Origin: a candidate division WOR-3 bacterium
GTDB taxonomy: Bacteria > Hydrothermota > 32-111
Direction of reading: 5' to 3'
NCBI GenBank assembly: GCA_037481815.1
Contig: JBBFKX010000001.1
Coordinates: 416,001 to 480,000 of the forward strand
DNA: 64,000 bases
Part shown: one piece after another, positions 8,632 to 19,025 of the stretch
Numbering within the stretch: the first letter of the stretch is position 1
How the letters are laid out: each line of letters begins with the position of its first letter
Notes under the pieces: generated by a model
What the model saw: only the letters and a program-made list of their open reading frames with translations
The model's database searches: none
Told to the model about the DNA's origin: nothing
Made by a program: the position numbers and the translations under genes

Positions 8632-9718
8632 TTAAAACCTCCTTTAACTTTTGAAGAAAGATTTTATTCCCCTTATCTGTAGAAGTTGTTACTCTTAAAA
8701 ATGTATCAAGACCATAATTATCTATAGGTCTTACGATAACTCCCTTTTTTTGTAATTTTTCAAATATCATTTTTCCACTATATCTACAGTCAAAAGTTAC
8801 AAAATTAGTATAACTATCGATAACATAAAATCCCATTTCCTTTAATTTTTCAGTTAAAAACTTTAATCCTTTATCGTTTAAATTTTTACTTTTCCTTATA
8901 TGTTCCTTATCATCCAAAGCAGCGAGTGCCGCCCTTTGGGCAAGAAGGTTAACATTGAAAGGTAATCTAACCTTTTGAAGAATTGAAACTATTTCACTGT
9001 TTGAAATACCATATCCAACCCTTAAACCTGCAAGTCCATAAATTTTTGAAAATGTTCTTAATATAACAAGGTTTTTATACTTTTTCAAAAATTTTGTTGA
9101 ATCTATCCTTACATTTTCATCGAGATAATCGTTGTATGCTTCATCGAGTAAAACCAATGTATCGGAGGGAATATTTTTCAGTAAAAATTTGAGTTCGTCT
9201 TCAAAAATCATACTCCCAAGAGGGTTGTTTGGGTTATCAAGATATACAATTTTAAATTTTGCTTTTTTTAACATGCTGACGATCGAAGAAACATCCGTTT
9301 TAAAATTTTTATGTTGAACATCAAAGACCTTACACCCATTTAAAATACCTGAAATCTTAAACATTATGAATGAAGGTGTTGGTCGTAAGACTTTATCATT
9401 TTTTTCAGTAAAAGAAAACACAAGGTTGTTTATTATCTCAACCGAGCCATTTCCTAAAACGATCATATCCTGGCCAACCCCAATTTTTTCAGATAATCTT
9501 TTTTTCAAATAAAAATTGTTATCATCAGGATAAAAATTCAAATCTTTTAAAGATTCTTTTACAACCTTTAACGCTTTTGGAGAAATTCCTAAAGGGTTCT
9601 CGTTCGAAGCGAGTTTATATACTTCTCCTTTCAAGTTAAGTTCCCGCTTGACCTCTTCTATAGGTTTACCTGGAATGTAATTTTGAATATTTTGAAGTTG
9701 TTTTTTAAACTTTATCAT
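8621..9718 (-). CDS. hisC: Histidinol-phosphate aminotransferase family
   Basis: KLASNENPLG, GNGS, NPNNPLG, DEAY, PLP-lysine motif RTFSKIYGLAGLRVGY. Confidence 0.88.
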   Translation of the reverse strand: MIKFKKQLQNIQNYIPGKPIEEVKRELNLKGEVYKLASNENPLGISPKALKVVKESLKDLNFYPDDNNFYLKKRLSEKIGVGQDMIVLGNGSVEIINNLVFSFTEKNDKVLRPTPSFIMFKISGILNGCKVFDVQHKNFKTDVSSIVSMLKKAKFKIVYLDNPNNPLGSMIFEDELKFLLKNIPSDTLVLLDEAYNDYLDENVRIDSTKFLKKYKNLVILRTFSKIYGLAGLRVGYGISNSEIVSILQKVRLPFNVNLLAQRAALAALDDKEHIRKSKNLNDKGLKFLTEKLKEMGFYVIDSYTNFVTFDCRYSGKMIFEKLQKKGVIVRPIDNYGLDTFLRVTTSTDKGNKIFLQKLKEVLNEI

Positions 9719-11738
9719 TTTTACTCCATTGAAATTTATTTTTTATCGCTTCAGCTATATTGGTTATATGGTCTCCACATCTTTCGTATGAAGTCAAAAT
9801 ATCTGTAAAAATCGCTGCTGAATCACTTGAACATGATTTGTTTGAAACTCTCAAAAGATGTGTTCTGTTATACCTTTTTTCAAAATCGTTCAATTTCTCT
9901 TCAAGAACAAAAATTTCGTTGACCCTTTCGAGAGAGAGATCCTCTATCGCATGATATGCCTCTTTCATCATTTTTTGTAAAACTTCACTCATACTTTTTA
10001 TCTCTTCGTATGCCTCTTTTGGAAATTCGATTCTATTATCTCTTATCATCGATGCAAATTCTAAGATGTTTATCGAATGATCACCCACTCTCTCAATGTC
10101 GTTAATAGAATGAATTAAAACTGGAATCTGTGAAAACTCCTGATCGGTTAGATCCTCTTTTGAAATCGAAATAAGATAGTTGGTAATCTCATTTTGAAGT
10201 ATATCCGTCTTCATCTCAAGTTTTCTTACCTGCTCAACAAATTCCTGATTCCCTTCAAGCAAAGTTTTTGTTGCAAGTTCAATCGATTGTGAAGCAACCT
10301 CGATCATCTCCATCATTTCCTTCTTCACATTGAAAAGTGCAAGATGTGGGTTCAAAAGAAGATTTTTATCAAGATATTTTGGTGCAAAGAAGTTATCTTT
10401 AACACCTTTTTTATCCTTAATTATAAATTTACTGATACTTTCCAAAACTCCTGCAAATGGTAGGAACACTAACGTATTAAATACATTGAAAAATGTATGA
10501 GAATTCGCAAGATACCTTTGAATATTCTCCCCTGCAAAATTGTTGCCAGGGGTTATCAACTCAAGAAATTTATAATACAAAGGAACTCCGTTTATTTTAA
10601 CAAAGTATATACCTATCATCATATAAAAAACACCTATAACGTTGAACAGAGAATGTATTATAGCAGCCCTTTTTCCGTTTATGTTTGACGAGAGTGATGC
10701 AAGAAGTGCGGTTATCGTTGTGCCAATATTTTCTCCCAAAATCAGCGGAACAGCGGTGTTGATCCCTATTAACCCCTGAACAGCGAGCACCATCGTTAGA
10801 CCAACGGTTGCCGAAGATGATTGGATGATCATGGTTATTATCATACCTGTCAACATTGAAAGTATTGGAGAATCTTCAAATTTCATCATGAATTCAACAA
10901 GTTTATGTGATTCTTTCAAAGGAGATATAGATGATGACATCAAACTGATCCCATAGAATAAAAGCCCGAAACCAAAGATCGTTTCACCGGCGATCTTGAT
11001 TCTTCTCGATCCAAAAAGTATCATCAAAACACCAGCGGTGATAGCAGGTAAGGCAAGAGATTCAAATTTGAAGGCTATCAGTTGTGCTGTCATCGTTGTT
11101 CCAATGTTTGCTCCCATAATTATTCCAATAGATTGTGTTAAAGTCATAAGTCCAGCATTTACAAGACCAACAACAATGACAGTAGTCGCAGAGGATGACT
11201 GAATAAACGAGGTCACTATTCCACCTGTTAACACACCAAAAAAAGTATTCTTTGTCATTTTTGTTATGAAAAACTTTATTCTCTCACCTGCAAAATTCTG
11301 CAAAGAGTCCGACATAAATTTCATTCCGAAAAGGAATAAACCAAGTCCTCCCAGAAGTATCACTATTATTTCTATCCAGTTCAAGCCAACAACTTTGAAA
11401 TCAAACTTATCAACCTGATAATTTTTGTAAAAAATGTTCGCTCTCAATATGTTTGTTCCCATCTTTTTTCCAACTTTTGGGTAAACACTGATTTCTCCAT
11501 CTTCAAACTTCAAACTCTCCGGTTCAACTTCTATATCACCATAAACCTTTTCAAAAATAACAAGAAAATCGTTTTCATCTATCGAATCCTGTTTTTCATA
11601 ATAAAGTTTTATTTTTATGGGCTCTTTTAAAATCGAACTCGTTGGGCAATCGAATTTGTTTTTTTCAACTTTTATCTCATAGGGAAAAAGAAAATTAAAA
11701 GAAACTATAAAAATGAAAAGAACAAGTAATTTTTTCAT
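9705..11738 (-). CDS. Na/Pi cotransporter with PhoU domains and an extra N-terminal exported domain
   Basis: GGLGLFLFGM, duplicated QSSSAT and GANIGTT/GENIGTT, PhoU-like ERVGDH and ERCGDH; signal peptide plus about 100 extra N-terminal residues. Confidence 0.88.
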   Translation of the reverse strand: MKKLLVLFIFIVSFNFLFPYEIKVEKNKFDCPTSSILKEPIKIKLYYEKQDSIDENDFLVIFEKVYGDIEVEPESLKFEDGEISVYPKVGKKMGTNILRANIFYKNYQVDKFDFKVVGLNWIEIIVILLGGLGLFLFGMKFMSDSLQNFAGERIKFFITKMTKNTFFGVLTGGIVTSFIQSSSATTVIVVGLVNAGLMTLTQSIGIIMGANIGTTMTAQLIAFKFESLALPAITAGVLMILFGSRRIKIAGETIFGFGLLFYGISLMSSSISPLKESHKLVEFMMKFEDSPILSMLTGMIITMIIQSSSATVGLTMVLAVQGLIGINTAVPLILGENIGTTITALLASLSSNINGKRAAIIHSLFNVIGVFYMMIGIYFVKINGVPLYYKFLELITPGNNFAGENIQRYLANSHTFFNVFNTLVFLPFAGVLESISKFIIKDKKGVKDNFFAPKYLDKNLLLNPHLALFNVKKEMMEMIEVASQSIELATKTLLEGNQEFVEQVRKLEMKTDILQNEITNYLISISKEDLTDQEFSQIPVLIHSINDIERVGDHSINILEFASMIRDNRIEFPKEAYEEIKSMSEVLQKMMKEAYHAIEDLSLERVNEIFVLEEKLNDFEKRYNRTHLLRVSNKSCSSDSAAIFTDILTSYERCGDHITNIAEAIKNKFQWSKNDKV

Positions 11739-11739
11739 C

Positions 11740-12432
11740 TTACATTTTCCTCCATATTATTGAAATATTTCTTTTATCTATGTCCCCTTCCCTATAAGAG
11801 AAAAGTACATCTTTTCTACATACATTACAAAGTTCTATGTTTTCAACATCAGATCTTTGTTTTAAAAGATCAACCACTATCTTTCTTAAATCTATTGAAA
11901 ATTTTTTATCAACAGGTTTTATATAACTTTCTCCAAACCTTTTTTCAAAAAGTTTTTTAACATCTTCCTCAACAATAAAATGTTTATCACATATGCCCTG
12001 TAACACCAATGTTCTTGTATCCTTTTTGAAAAATTTTAAACTTTCTTCAACGATACCTTCTATTATTCCTTTCCATCCAGCATGTATGCATCCAAAAATA
12101 TTTCCATTATCAGTTGTAAAAAATATGTTATAACAATCAGCTGTTAAAAGATACAGAGCATAATTTTTATCATCTGAAAATAAACCATCTCCTTCTTTTG
12201 TGATATCTTTTTCGGCTTTATGTATCAATTTTGAATGTATCTGTTTGTTACGAACTTTAAAAAGATTTTCGATTTTCAAATTTGAAAAAAATCTTTCTCT
12301 ATTCTCTTGATTTTCCTGAAAATTAAAACTCATATCATTTTCATTTATAAAGTTTTTATCTCTCAATGATATTGCTATATTATAATCAGAAAAAACATCT
12401 TCAAAAATCCAAAAATCTTTTTCTCTTTTCAT
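11740..12432 (-). CDS. pgeF: YfiH/PgeF family (laccase-domain, purine nucleoside phosphorylase-like) protein
   Basis: QIHS, GDGL, TADC, HAGWKG, FSYR motifs. Confidence 0.85.
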   Translation of the reverse strand: MKREKDFWIFEDVFSDYNIAISLRDKNFINENDMSFNFQENQENRERFFSNLKIENLFKVRNKQIHSKLIHKAEKDITKEGDGLFSDDKNYALYLLTADCYNIFFTTDNGNIFGCIHAGWKGIIEGIVEESLKFFKKDTRTLVLQGICDKHFIVEEDVKKLFEKRFGESYIKPVDKKFSIDLRKIVVDLLKQRSDVENIELCNVCRKDVLFSYREGDIDKRNISIIWRKM

Positions 12433-14135
12433 AACTCTGACTCCATTATATCAATTATTCTTAACTGCAATAGTATTTTCCCGCTATACTCATTTTTCAT
12501 TATGTTATAGACAACATCAAACTGTTTTCCCGGTTGAGTCAATTTTGAGATCATCTCTTTTCCATTGTTGAACCAGATAGCATCATAAGAATAATTTTCC
12601 TGTTTAAAACATAACCTTAAATGTTTATCCTTAAGCATCAATGGATAACCTACAACGTTGACATTTTTTGAAAGAAAAACAGGTTGGGGATTCATATAAC
12701 CAAATGGCTCAAGTTTTTCAAGTTTTTCATAGAATTCAAGGTCTATTTTATCCATCGGCAAAATACAATCTATATCAAGTTTTCTTTCGTAATTTTTACC
12801 ATCATTCAAAACACTTGCATACTCTTCAAATCTTCTTTTAAATTCATCTATTCTATCCTTTTTCAGTGTGATACCAGCAGCAAGACGATGCCCTCCGAAA
12901 GATAGAAGAATATCTTCAAGATCTTTTAAAGCGTTATATAGATGAAAATTTTGTGTAGATCTTCCTGAACCCTTACCTATATCATCAACTATCGAAATCA
13001 TAATAGTTGGTTTGTTGTACTTTTCAACTATTCTGCTTGCGACTATACCTATAACTCCTTCGTGCCAATTCTCTTTTGCTATAACTATCGTTTGTTTTTT
13101 GTGTAGAGATTCTTTTTCTATCATCTCCACCGCCTCGTCAAAAACATCCTGATCAACTTCCTGTCTTAATCTATTCTTTTTGTTCAACTCTCTCGCTAAC
13201 TCTTCAGCTTCTTTCCTGTCATCGGTTATCAAAAGATTAACAGCTTTTGTTGCATTATCCATCCTACCCATAGCGTTAATCCTTGGAGCAAGAATAAAAC
13301 CGACATGATAGGAGTTGATTAGATCTTTCTGTAAATCCGAAACCTCAATTAAACATCTCAGTCCATAGGTCTTAACATTCTTTAAATGTTTCAGTCCTAT
13401 TGAGGCAATCGTTCTGTTTTCATCTATGAGTGGAACAACATCTGCGATAGTTCCAAGTGTTACAAAATCGATAAAATTATCCAGAATCGAGAAATCAACA
13501 TTTAAACATTTTCCCAACGCCTGTAAAAGTTTAAAGACAACACCACAACCAGCAAGCGATCTGAAGGGATAAGTTTCATCATCCCTGTTGGGATTTATTA
13601 TTGAATAGGCAGGAGGTGTTTTATCTGAAAACTCATGATGATCTGTGACTATAACATCTATACCTTTTCTTCTCGCATAATCTATCTCATCGAACGCAGT
13701 TATTCCACAATCAACAGTTATCATCAGTGTAACATTTTTACTTAAAGCATAATCGATTCCATTTTTTGACACACCGTATCCTTCTTCAAGACGATGTGGG
13801 ATAAAAAAATATGGGGTCATCCCAACCATCTTAAAAAACCTGTAAAGCATCGCTGTTGAAGTTATACCATCAGCATCATAGTCACCATATATGAGAATCT
13901 TCTCATCTTTCTCGATCGCTTTTTTGATCCTTTCAACACTCTCTTTTATTCCGATCATTAAAAAAGGATCATAAAAATTTTTCTCATCAGGATTTAAGAA
14001 CTGCTCAAACTTTTCAGGTTCAATACCTCTGTTTAAAAGTATTTTTAATATGTATTCATCGGTATTCAATCTTTCAGCAAAATCTTTTAAATCAAGATCA
14101 TTTTCTATCTCTTTATATACCCAGTTGAATATCAT
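12429..14135 (-). CDS. recJ: Single-stranded DNA exonuclease RecJ
   Basis: YGDYDADG, TVDCGI, TDHH, PRINAMGR, GSGRS, GGH motifs. Confidence 0.95.
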   Translation of the reverse strand: MIFNWVYKEIENDLDLKDFAERLNTDEYILKILLNRGIEPEKFEQFLNPDEKNFYDPFLMIGIKESVERIKKAIEKDEKILIYGDYDADGITSTAMLYRFFKMVGMTPYFFIPHRLEEGYGVSKNGIDYALSKNVTLMITVDCGITAFDEIDYARRKGIDVIVTDHHEFSDKTPPAYSIINPNRDDETYPFRSLAGCGVVFKLLQALGKCLNVDFSILDNFIDFVTLGTIADVVPLIDENRTIASIGLKHLKNVKTYGLRCLIEVSDLQKDLINSYHVGFILAPRINAMGRMDNATKAVNLLITDDRKEAEELARELNKKNRLRQEVDQDVFDEAVEMIEKESLHKKQTIVIAKENWHEGVIGIVASRIVEKYNKPTIMISIVDDIGKGSGRSTQNFHLYNALKDLEDILLSFGGHRLAAGITLKKDRIDEFKRRFEEYASVLNDGKNYERKLDIDCILPMDKIDLEFYEKLEKLEPFGYMNPQPVFLSKNVNVVGYPLMLKDKHLRLCFKQENYSYDAIWFNNGKEMISKLTQPGKQFDVVYNIMKNEYSGKILLQLRIIDIMESEL

Positions 14136-15454
14136 ACGATTTCCTTAATCTCTTTAATATTTTTTATTTTTACAACTTCAATATCCGTCTGTATCTTTTC
14201 TACATAAGGAATGAAGACCTTTTTTATTCCAATATTTTTTAAATGTTTTATTCTCATCTCAATATTACTGCTTGCTCTCAAATCCCCTGTTAAACCAACT
14301 TCACCAATAAAAGCGTTTTCCTTACTAACGATTTTATTTTTGAAAGAAGATAACATTGAAACCATTATCGGTAGATCTATCTGTGGATCTTTTATCGTTA
14401 AGCCATTTGAAACATTTATAAAAATATCCATATTCCCAAAACCTACCCCAAGATACTTTTCACATATTCCAACAAGCATCTGCATCCTTCTTATGTTTAT
14501 TCCCGTTGGGACTCTCTGAGGAACTCCATATTTTGAATAGAAAATCAATGACTCTATTTCTAAAGCAAGAGGCATACTACCTTCAACGGTACAAGATATT
14601 GCCCTTCCCACTTTATCCCCATTTGTAAGATTTATCCTGTCAATGTTATCTAAACTCAAAAGTCCATCCTCTTCCATTTTGAATATTGCCATCTCGTCGG
14701 TTGAACCAAACCTGTTTTTGTTTGATTTAAGTATTCTTAGATTTTCGTGCTCTATAGAGTCAAGATAGAGTATCACATCCACAAGATGTTCGAGAGTTTT
14801 TGGTCCTGCAACACTTCCATCTTTAGTTATATGTCCTATTACGATAACTGTAATGTTCTTTTGTTTGGCAATTTTTATCAACTCTCCCATTATGTATTTA
14901 ACAGTTGTTGGAGAGCCAGGGATCGTTGGAATATTTTCCGATCCGACCATCTGGATCGAATCGATAATCATAACATCCGTTGATTTTAAAATGTTTTCAT
15001 TATCAACCAGATCCTCAAAAAGATTTGAAGAGATTATCTTGAATTTTTTGTTTTTCAAAACTCTTACAGATCTCAATTTTATCTGTTCAAATGATTCTTC
15101 AGAAGAAAAATAAAGCACATTAATATCATCGGGTAATTTTTCTATTATTTTCAAAGATAGTGTTGATTTCCCGGCCCCTGGATTCCCGGCAAGAAGAACG
15201 ATTGAACCTTTTACAAGGCCACCACCAAAAACTCTATTTAAAGAGTTATCCGAAAATTTAATTCTTGAAAAATTTTCAAGTTTTATTTCATCAATGGATA
15301 TAGGTTTTACATCCCTTTCCTTTTTAATATCATCTTTCTCAACGATAAAAGTATCCCACATACCACATTCTGGACATCTACCTAACCATTTAACACTTTT
15401 AAAACCGCATTCTGAACAAACAAAACTTTTACTTCCCTTTTTGCTCACAGACAT
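14132..15454 (-). CDS. radA: DNA repair protein RadA/Sms
   Basis: CSECG...CPECG zinc finger, Walker A GNPGAGKST, KNRFG, Lon-like GEVGLTG. Confidence 0.95.
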   Translation of the reverse strand: MSVSKKGSKSFVCSECGFKSVKWLGRCPECGMWDTFIVEKDDIKKERDVKPISIDEIKLENFSRIKFSDNSLNRVFGGGLVKGSIVLLAGNPGAGKSTLSLKIIEKLPDDINVLYFSSEESFEQIKLRSVRVLKNKKFKIISSNLFEDLVDNENILKSTDVMIIDSIQMVGSENIPTIPGSPTTVKYIMGELIKIAKQKNITVIVIGHITKDGSVAGPKTLEHLVDVILYLDSIEHENLRILKSNKNRFGSTDEMAIFKMEEDGLLSLDNIDRINLTNGDKVGRAISCTVEGSMPLALEIESLIFYSKYGVPQRVPTGINIRRMQMLVGICEKYLGVGFGNMDIFINVSNGLTIKDPQIDLPIMVSMLSSFKNKIVSKENAFIGEVGLTGDLRASSNIEMRIKHLKNIGIKKVFIPYVEKIQTDIEVVKIKNIKEIKEIV

Positions 15455-16230
15455 CCCTTTACTATTTTATTTTTTTCAATCTCATCAAGAATCCTGTTCA
15501 ACTTTTTCAAACTCTCATTCAATCTTATATAAACAGTATCCTCTCTGAGTATCCTTTTTACACTTCCACTTCCTTCGGAAAATATTTCTATCTCTTTCTT
15601 CAAAGACAACATCGCAGGATATAAAGAATCAACTATCATACTGACTTTATCTGAACTGTATGAAAGTTTCGTAACTATACCGTTTATATCCTTATCATTC
15701 TTTTCAACCAGATCGTTTATCTTCTTCAATGCTGAAAAAAGTGTGTCAACTATCTCTTCAACTCTTTCTTTTGATGGAATAGCGTTGAAGACCATCTCCC
15801 TGATATCCGAGATTATTATCCCAATTTCAGAAATGTTAAAATCTCTGTTAACTCCAACAAGTGTATCATAGGGATACCTGTAGAGTGTATCTCCGGAAGG
15901 TTGAACGAATATATATTTGGTTCCGCCGATTATTCCAAGATCCTGTATAGCAACAAAAGAATTCTTTCCAACTTTAAAATCTTTTCTCAACCATAATTTT
16001 AAAAGCACATAATCCCTTGTTAAAACAACATCGACAACCGTCCCACACTTTACACCTCTATATCTCACCTCATCGTTTACCTTTACACCATCAGCATGAG
16101 CAAATTTCACCAGAACATAGTTGTTGTCAGTAAAAAATCTCACCTTGTTCATGAAAAAACTTAAAAAAATCAATATGGAAATACCTATAAACACTGTAAG
16201 ACCGATAATAAAAATTTTTTTATCTTCCAT
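15445..16230 (-). CDS. mlaD: MCE/MlaD family protein
   Basis: N-terminal TM, FAHADGVKVNDEVRYRGVKCGTV MCE motif, helical C-terminus; adjacent to mlaEF. Confidence 0.8.
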   Translation of the reverse strand: MEDKKIFIIGLTVFIGISILIFLSFFMNKVRFFTDNNYVLVKFAHADGVKVNDEVRYRGVKCGTVVDVVLTRDYVLLKLWLRKDFKVGKNSFVAIQDLGIIGGTKYIFVQPSGDTLYRYPYDTLVGVNRDFNISEIGIIISDIREMVFNAIPSKERVEEIVDTLFSALKKINDLVEKNDKDINGIVTKLSYSSDKVSMIVDSLYPAMLSLKKEIEIFSEGSGSVKRILREDTVYIRLNESLKKLNRILDEIEKNKIVKGCL

Positions 16231-16957
16231 TTTGCCCCGCCATTTTTAAATAAGATTTTGCTATCTCGTTATCAAATAAAAAAAAATCTTCCTTTGTGCC
16301 CCAGAAAATTTCTTTCCCATTATCAAGCAAAAGGATATGATCAATAAAATCGATAAAACCTCTCAAATCGTGTGTAATAACCACTGTTGTTTTTTTCAAT
16401 TTTATATGTATCTCTTTTATAAGTTCTATTATTTTGTTCCCCGTTAAAGGATCAAGTCCGGTTATCGGTTCATCATAAAAAAGTATTGAAGGGTTTGTTA
16501 TCAAAGATCTTGCAATAGCCACCCTTTTTTGCATTCCACCCGAAAGGTCTTTTATTTCTTTATTCCTGACATCAGGTAATGAAAGTAGTGTAAGAATATT
16601 CAATACCTCTTGATTTAAAGTATCAAGATCATAGTCAGGATTATTATAAACAACAGGTAAAGAAACATTTTCAAAAACATTCATGGAATCAAATAAAGCA
16701 TTGTTTTGAAAAAGAACTCCCATCTTTTCTCTCACATGTTTTAAATCTGAATATTTTGCTTTGTGAACATTAACTCCATCTATATAAACTTCTCCTTTAT
16801 CGGGTTTTATTAATCCCAGAATGTTTTTTAAAAGTAAACTTTTACCTGACCCACTTTTACCAATTATTGCACATATTGTTCCCTTCTCAATAGAAAGGTT
16901 GATATCATATATACCTTCTTTTCCAAAACTTTTTGTAAGGTTTTTGACCTCTACCAT
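16220..16957 (-). CDS. mlaF: MlaF-type ABC ATPase
   Basis: GKSGSGKS, LFQNNALFDSM, LSGGMQKRVAIAR, YDEPITGLDP. Confidence 0.88.
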   Translation of the reverse strand: MVEVKNLTKSFGKEGIYDINLSIEKGTICAIIGKSGSGKSLLLKNILGLIKPDKGEVYIDGVNVHKAKYSDLKHVREKMGVLFQNNALFDSMNVFENVSLPVVYNNPDYDLDTLNQEVLNILTLLSLPDVRNKEIKDLSGGMQKRVAIARSLITNPSILFYDEPITGLDPLTGNKIIELIKEIHIKLKKTTVVITHDLRGFIDFIDHILLLDNGKEIFWGTKEDFFLFDNEIAKSYLKMAGQNGR

Positions 16958-17712
16958 AAAAATAGAATCCTTGTTATAAAATAATCGAGAATAATAACTG
17001 AAATTGAAGATACAGTGACAGATGATGTTGTTGCTTTACCTACAGATTTCGCACCAGTTTTTGCTTTCATGCCAAAAAAGCAAGCAACCATCGTTACGAA
17101 GATTCCAAAAACTATCGATTTAAAAAGACCTCCATACAACTGATAAAAATAGAAACTCCTTTTTGTACCTTCGAGAAATTCGTTAGGGGAAATGCCTAAA
17201 GTTGCAACCGATATTATAAATGAACCAAAAACTACCGAAAATTCACATATCAAAGTTAAAAAAGGGATTATGATCATCGTTGCAACAACTTTTGGCATAA
17301 CAAGGTATTCAACGGGATCGATCGACATAAGTTCCAGAGCGTCGAGTTGATCAGTTATTTTCATCGAAGATATTTCAGCTGATATTTGACTTGCAACTTT
17401 ACCTGAAAATCCAATTCCTGCAAGAAGAGGACCTATTTCAAGTATGACAGCCTGAGTGATAAGCGTTGGAATATATATTAAAGGTAAAAAGTTCCGTGCC
17501 TGATATGCTGTTTGATAAGCAGCAACCATACCTGCAAAAAGAGATGCAAGAACGAATATCCCTAAAGATTCATTTATTATTTCAAACATTTCATAAACAA
17601 CAATTTTTCTATTTTTAAACACTTTTTTTATCGACTTTATAACTTTCCAGAAGAGTATGAAGAATTCACCAAAACTTATTATAAATTCTTTAAAAAATAA
17701 TTTCATAATCAC
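16951..17712 (-). CDS. mlaE: MlaE-type ABC permease
   Basis: EIGPLL, AEISSMKITDQLDALELM, VGKATTSSV. Confidence 0.88.
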   Translation of the reverse strand: MIMKLFFKEFIISFGEFFILFWKVIKSIKKVFKNRKIVVYEMFEIINESLGIFVLASLFAGMVAAYQTAYQARNFLPLIYIPTLITQAVILEIGPLLAGIGFSGKVASQISAEISSMKITDQLDALELMSIDPVEYLVMPKVVATMIIIPFLTLICEFSVVFGSFIISVATLGISPNEFLEGTKRSFYFYQLYGGLFKSIVFGIFVTMVACFFGMKAKTGAKSVGKATTSSVTVSSISVIILDYFITRILFLW

Positions 17713-19025
17713 ACTTTTTGTTTAAAGAGAGTTCTTGCTGAATCGAATAGAAGTTCAATTTCTCCTGTTGGGCCATTCCTTTGTTTTGCAACTATCAAAG
17801 TAGCGTCATCAAGGGTGGTACCGGGCTTAAACTTTCTATGTATAAATATAACAACATCAGCATCCTGTTCAATACTCCCTGAATCTCTTATATCGGAGAG
17901 TATCGGTTTTTCCTTTCTCTTTTCGGTTGATCTTGAAAGTTGTGCCAGTGCGATTACAGGGATATGTAGTTCTTTTGCGAGCAATTTCAACGACCTGGAA
18001 ATTTCAGATATTTCAACCTGTTTATTTTCAACTTTTTTATCAAGATGCATCATCTGAATATAATCGATAACTATAAAATCTATCTTCTTATCGAGAACCA
18101 TCCTTCTCGATTTTGCCCTTATATCAAGAGGAGTTCCTTTTGTTGAGTCATCTATATAGATTTCCGATTGAGAGAAATGCTTGTACGCAACAGAAAGATT
18201 GTGAATATCTTCTTTTTTTAAAATTCCCTGTCTTAACGCTGTTCCAGTTATATTCGCATAAGAACACAACATTCTTTGTATCAACTGCTCAGATGTCATT
18301 TCCAGTGAAAATATCAACCCCTTCTTCTTTTCCTCATCAGGATTCGTTTTTACGCATTGGTTGATCAAAATGTTTAAAGCAAAACTTGTTTTTCCAACTC
18401 CAGGTCTTGCCGCGATAACTATAAAATCACCTTTCTGGAAACCTGTTGTCATCTTATCAAGATCTGAAAAGCCGGTTGGAAGACCCGTTACAGGTTCTTT
18501 TCTCGAAATATAGAAATTTATCATTTTTTCAATTTCACCTATTTTTTCAGAGACGGGTACAATATCTGATTTGTATCTTCCCTCTCTAACTTTAAATATC
18601 TCATTTTCAGCCTGTTCAATTATTGTATCAACTTCAAGATCACTTGCACAACTATCACTTATGAGTTTTGCTGTTTTCAAAAGATGTCTTAAAACATAAT
18701 GTTCTTCAACAATCTTTATGTATTCATCTATATGAGGTAAAAGATCAAGTTGATCGACCAGTTTCTGTAAATACTCATCCCCACCAATTTCATTTAAAAT
18801 GTTTTCCCTTTTTAAACGATTCTTCAATGTTACTATATCAACTTTCTCTGAATTGTTGTACATCTTGACTATCGTTGAATATATTTTTCTATTTTCACTG
18901 AAATAAAAATGTTCTTCTTTGAGTTTAGGTATTATATCGTTCAAAATGTTCTGAGCATCAAGTATAATCCCACCAAGAACAGCCATTTCAGCTTCCCTTG
19001 AAAAAAAACTTTTTTCTCTCAACAT
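17709..19025 (-). CDS. dnaB: Replicative DNA helicase DnaB
   Basis: AARPGVGKT, FSLEM, IDYIQMM, LAQLSR, SDIRDSGSIEQDAD, KQRNGPTG; no intein-sized insertion. Confidence 0.97.
   Translation of the reverse strand: MLREKSFFSREAEMAVLGGIILDAQNILNDIIPKLKEEHFYFSENRKIYSTIVKMYNNSEKVDIVTLKNRLKRENILNEIGGDEYLQKLVDQLDLLPHIDEYIKIVEEHYVLRHLLKTAKLISDSCASDLEVDTIIEQAENEIFKVREGRYKSDIVPVSEKIGEIEKMINFYISRKEPVTGLPTGFSDLDKMTTGFQKGDFIVIAARPGVGKTSFALNILINQCVKTNPDEEKKKGLIFSLEMTSEQLIQRMLCSYANITGTALRQGILKKEDIHNLSVAYKHFSQSEIYIDDSTKGTPLDIRAKSRRMVLDKKIDFIVIDYIQMMHLDKKVENKQVEISEISRSLKLLAKELHIPVIALAQLSRSTEKRKEKPILSDIRDSGSIEQDADVVIFIHRKFKPGTTLDDATLIVAKQRNGPTGEIELLFDSARTLFKQKV

Noticed and set aside
17709..19025. Possible intein in DnaB
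   Set aside because: Normal length (438 aa) with contiguous helicase motifs.
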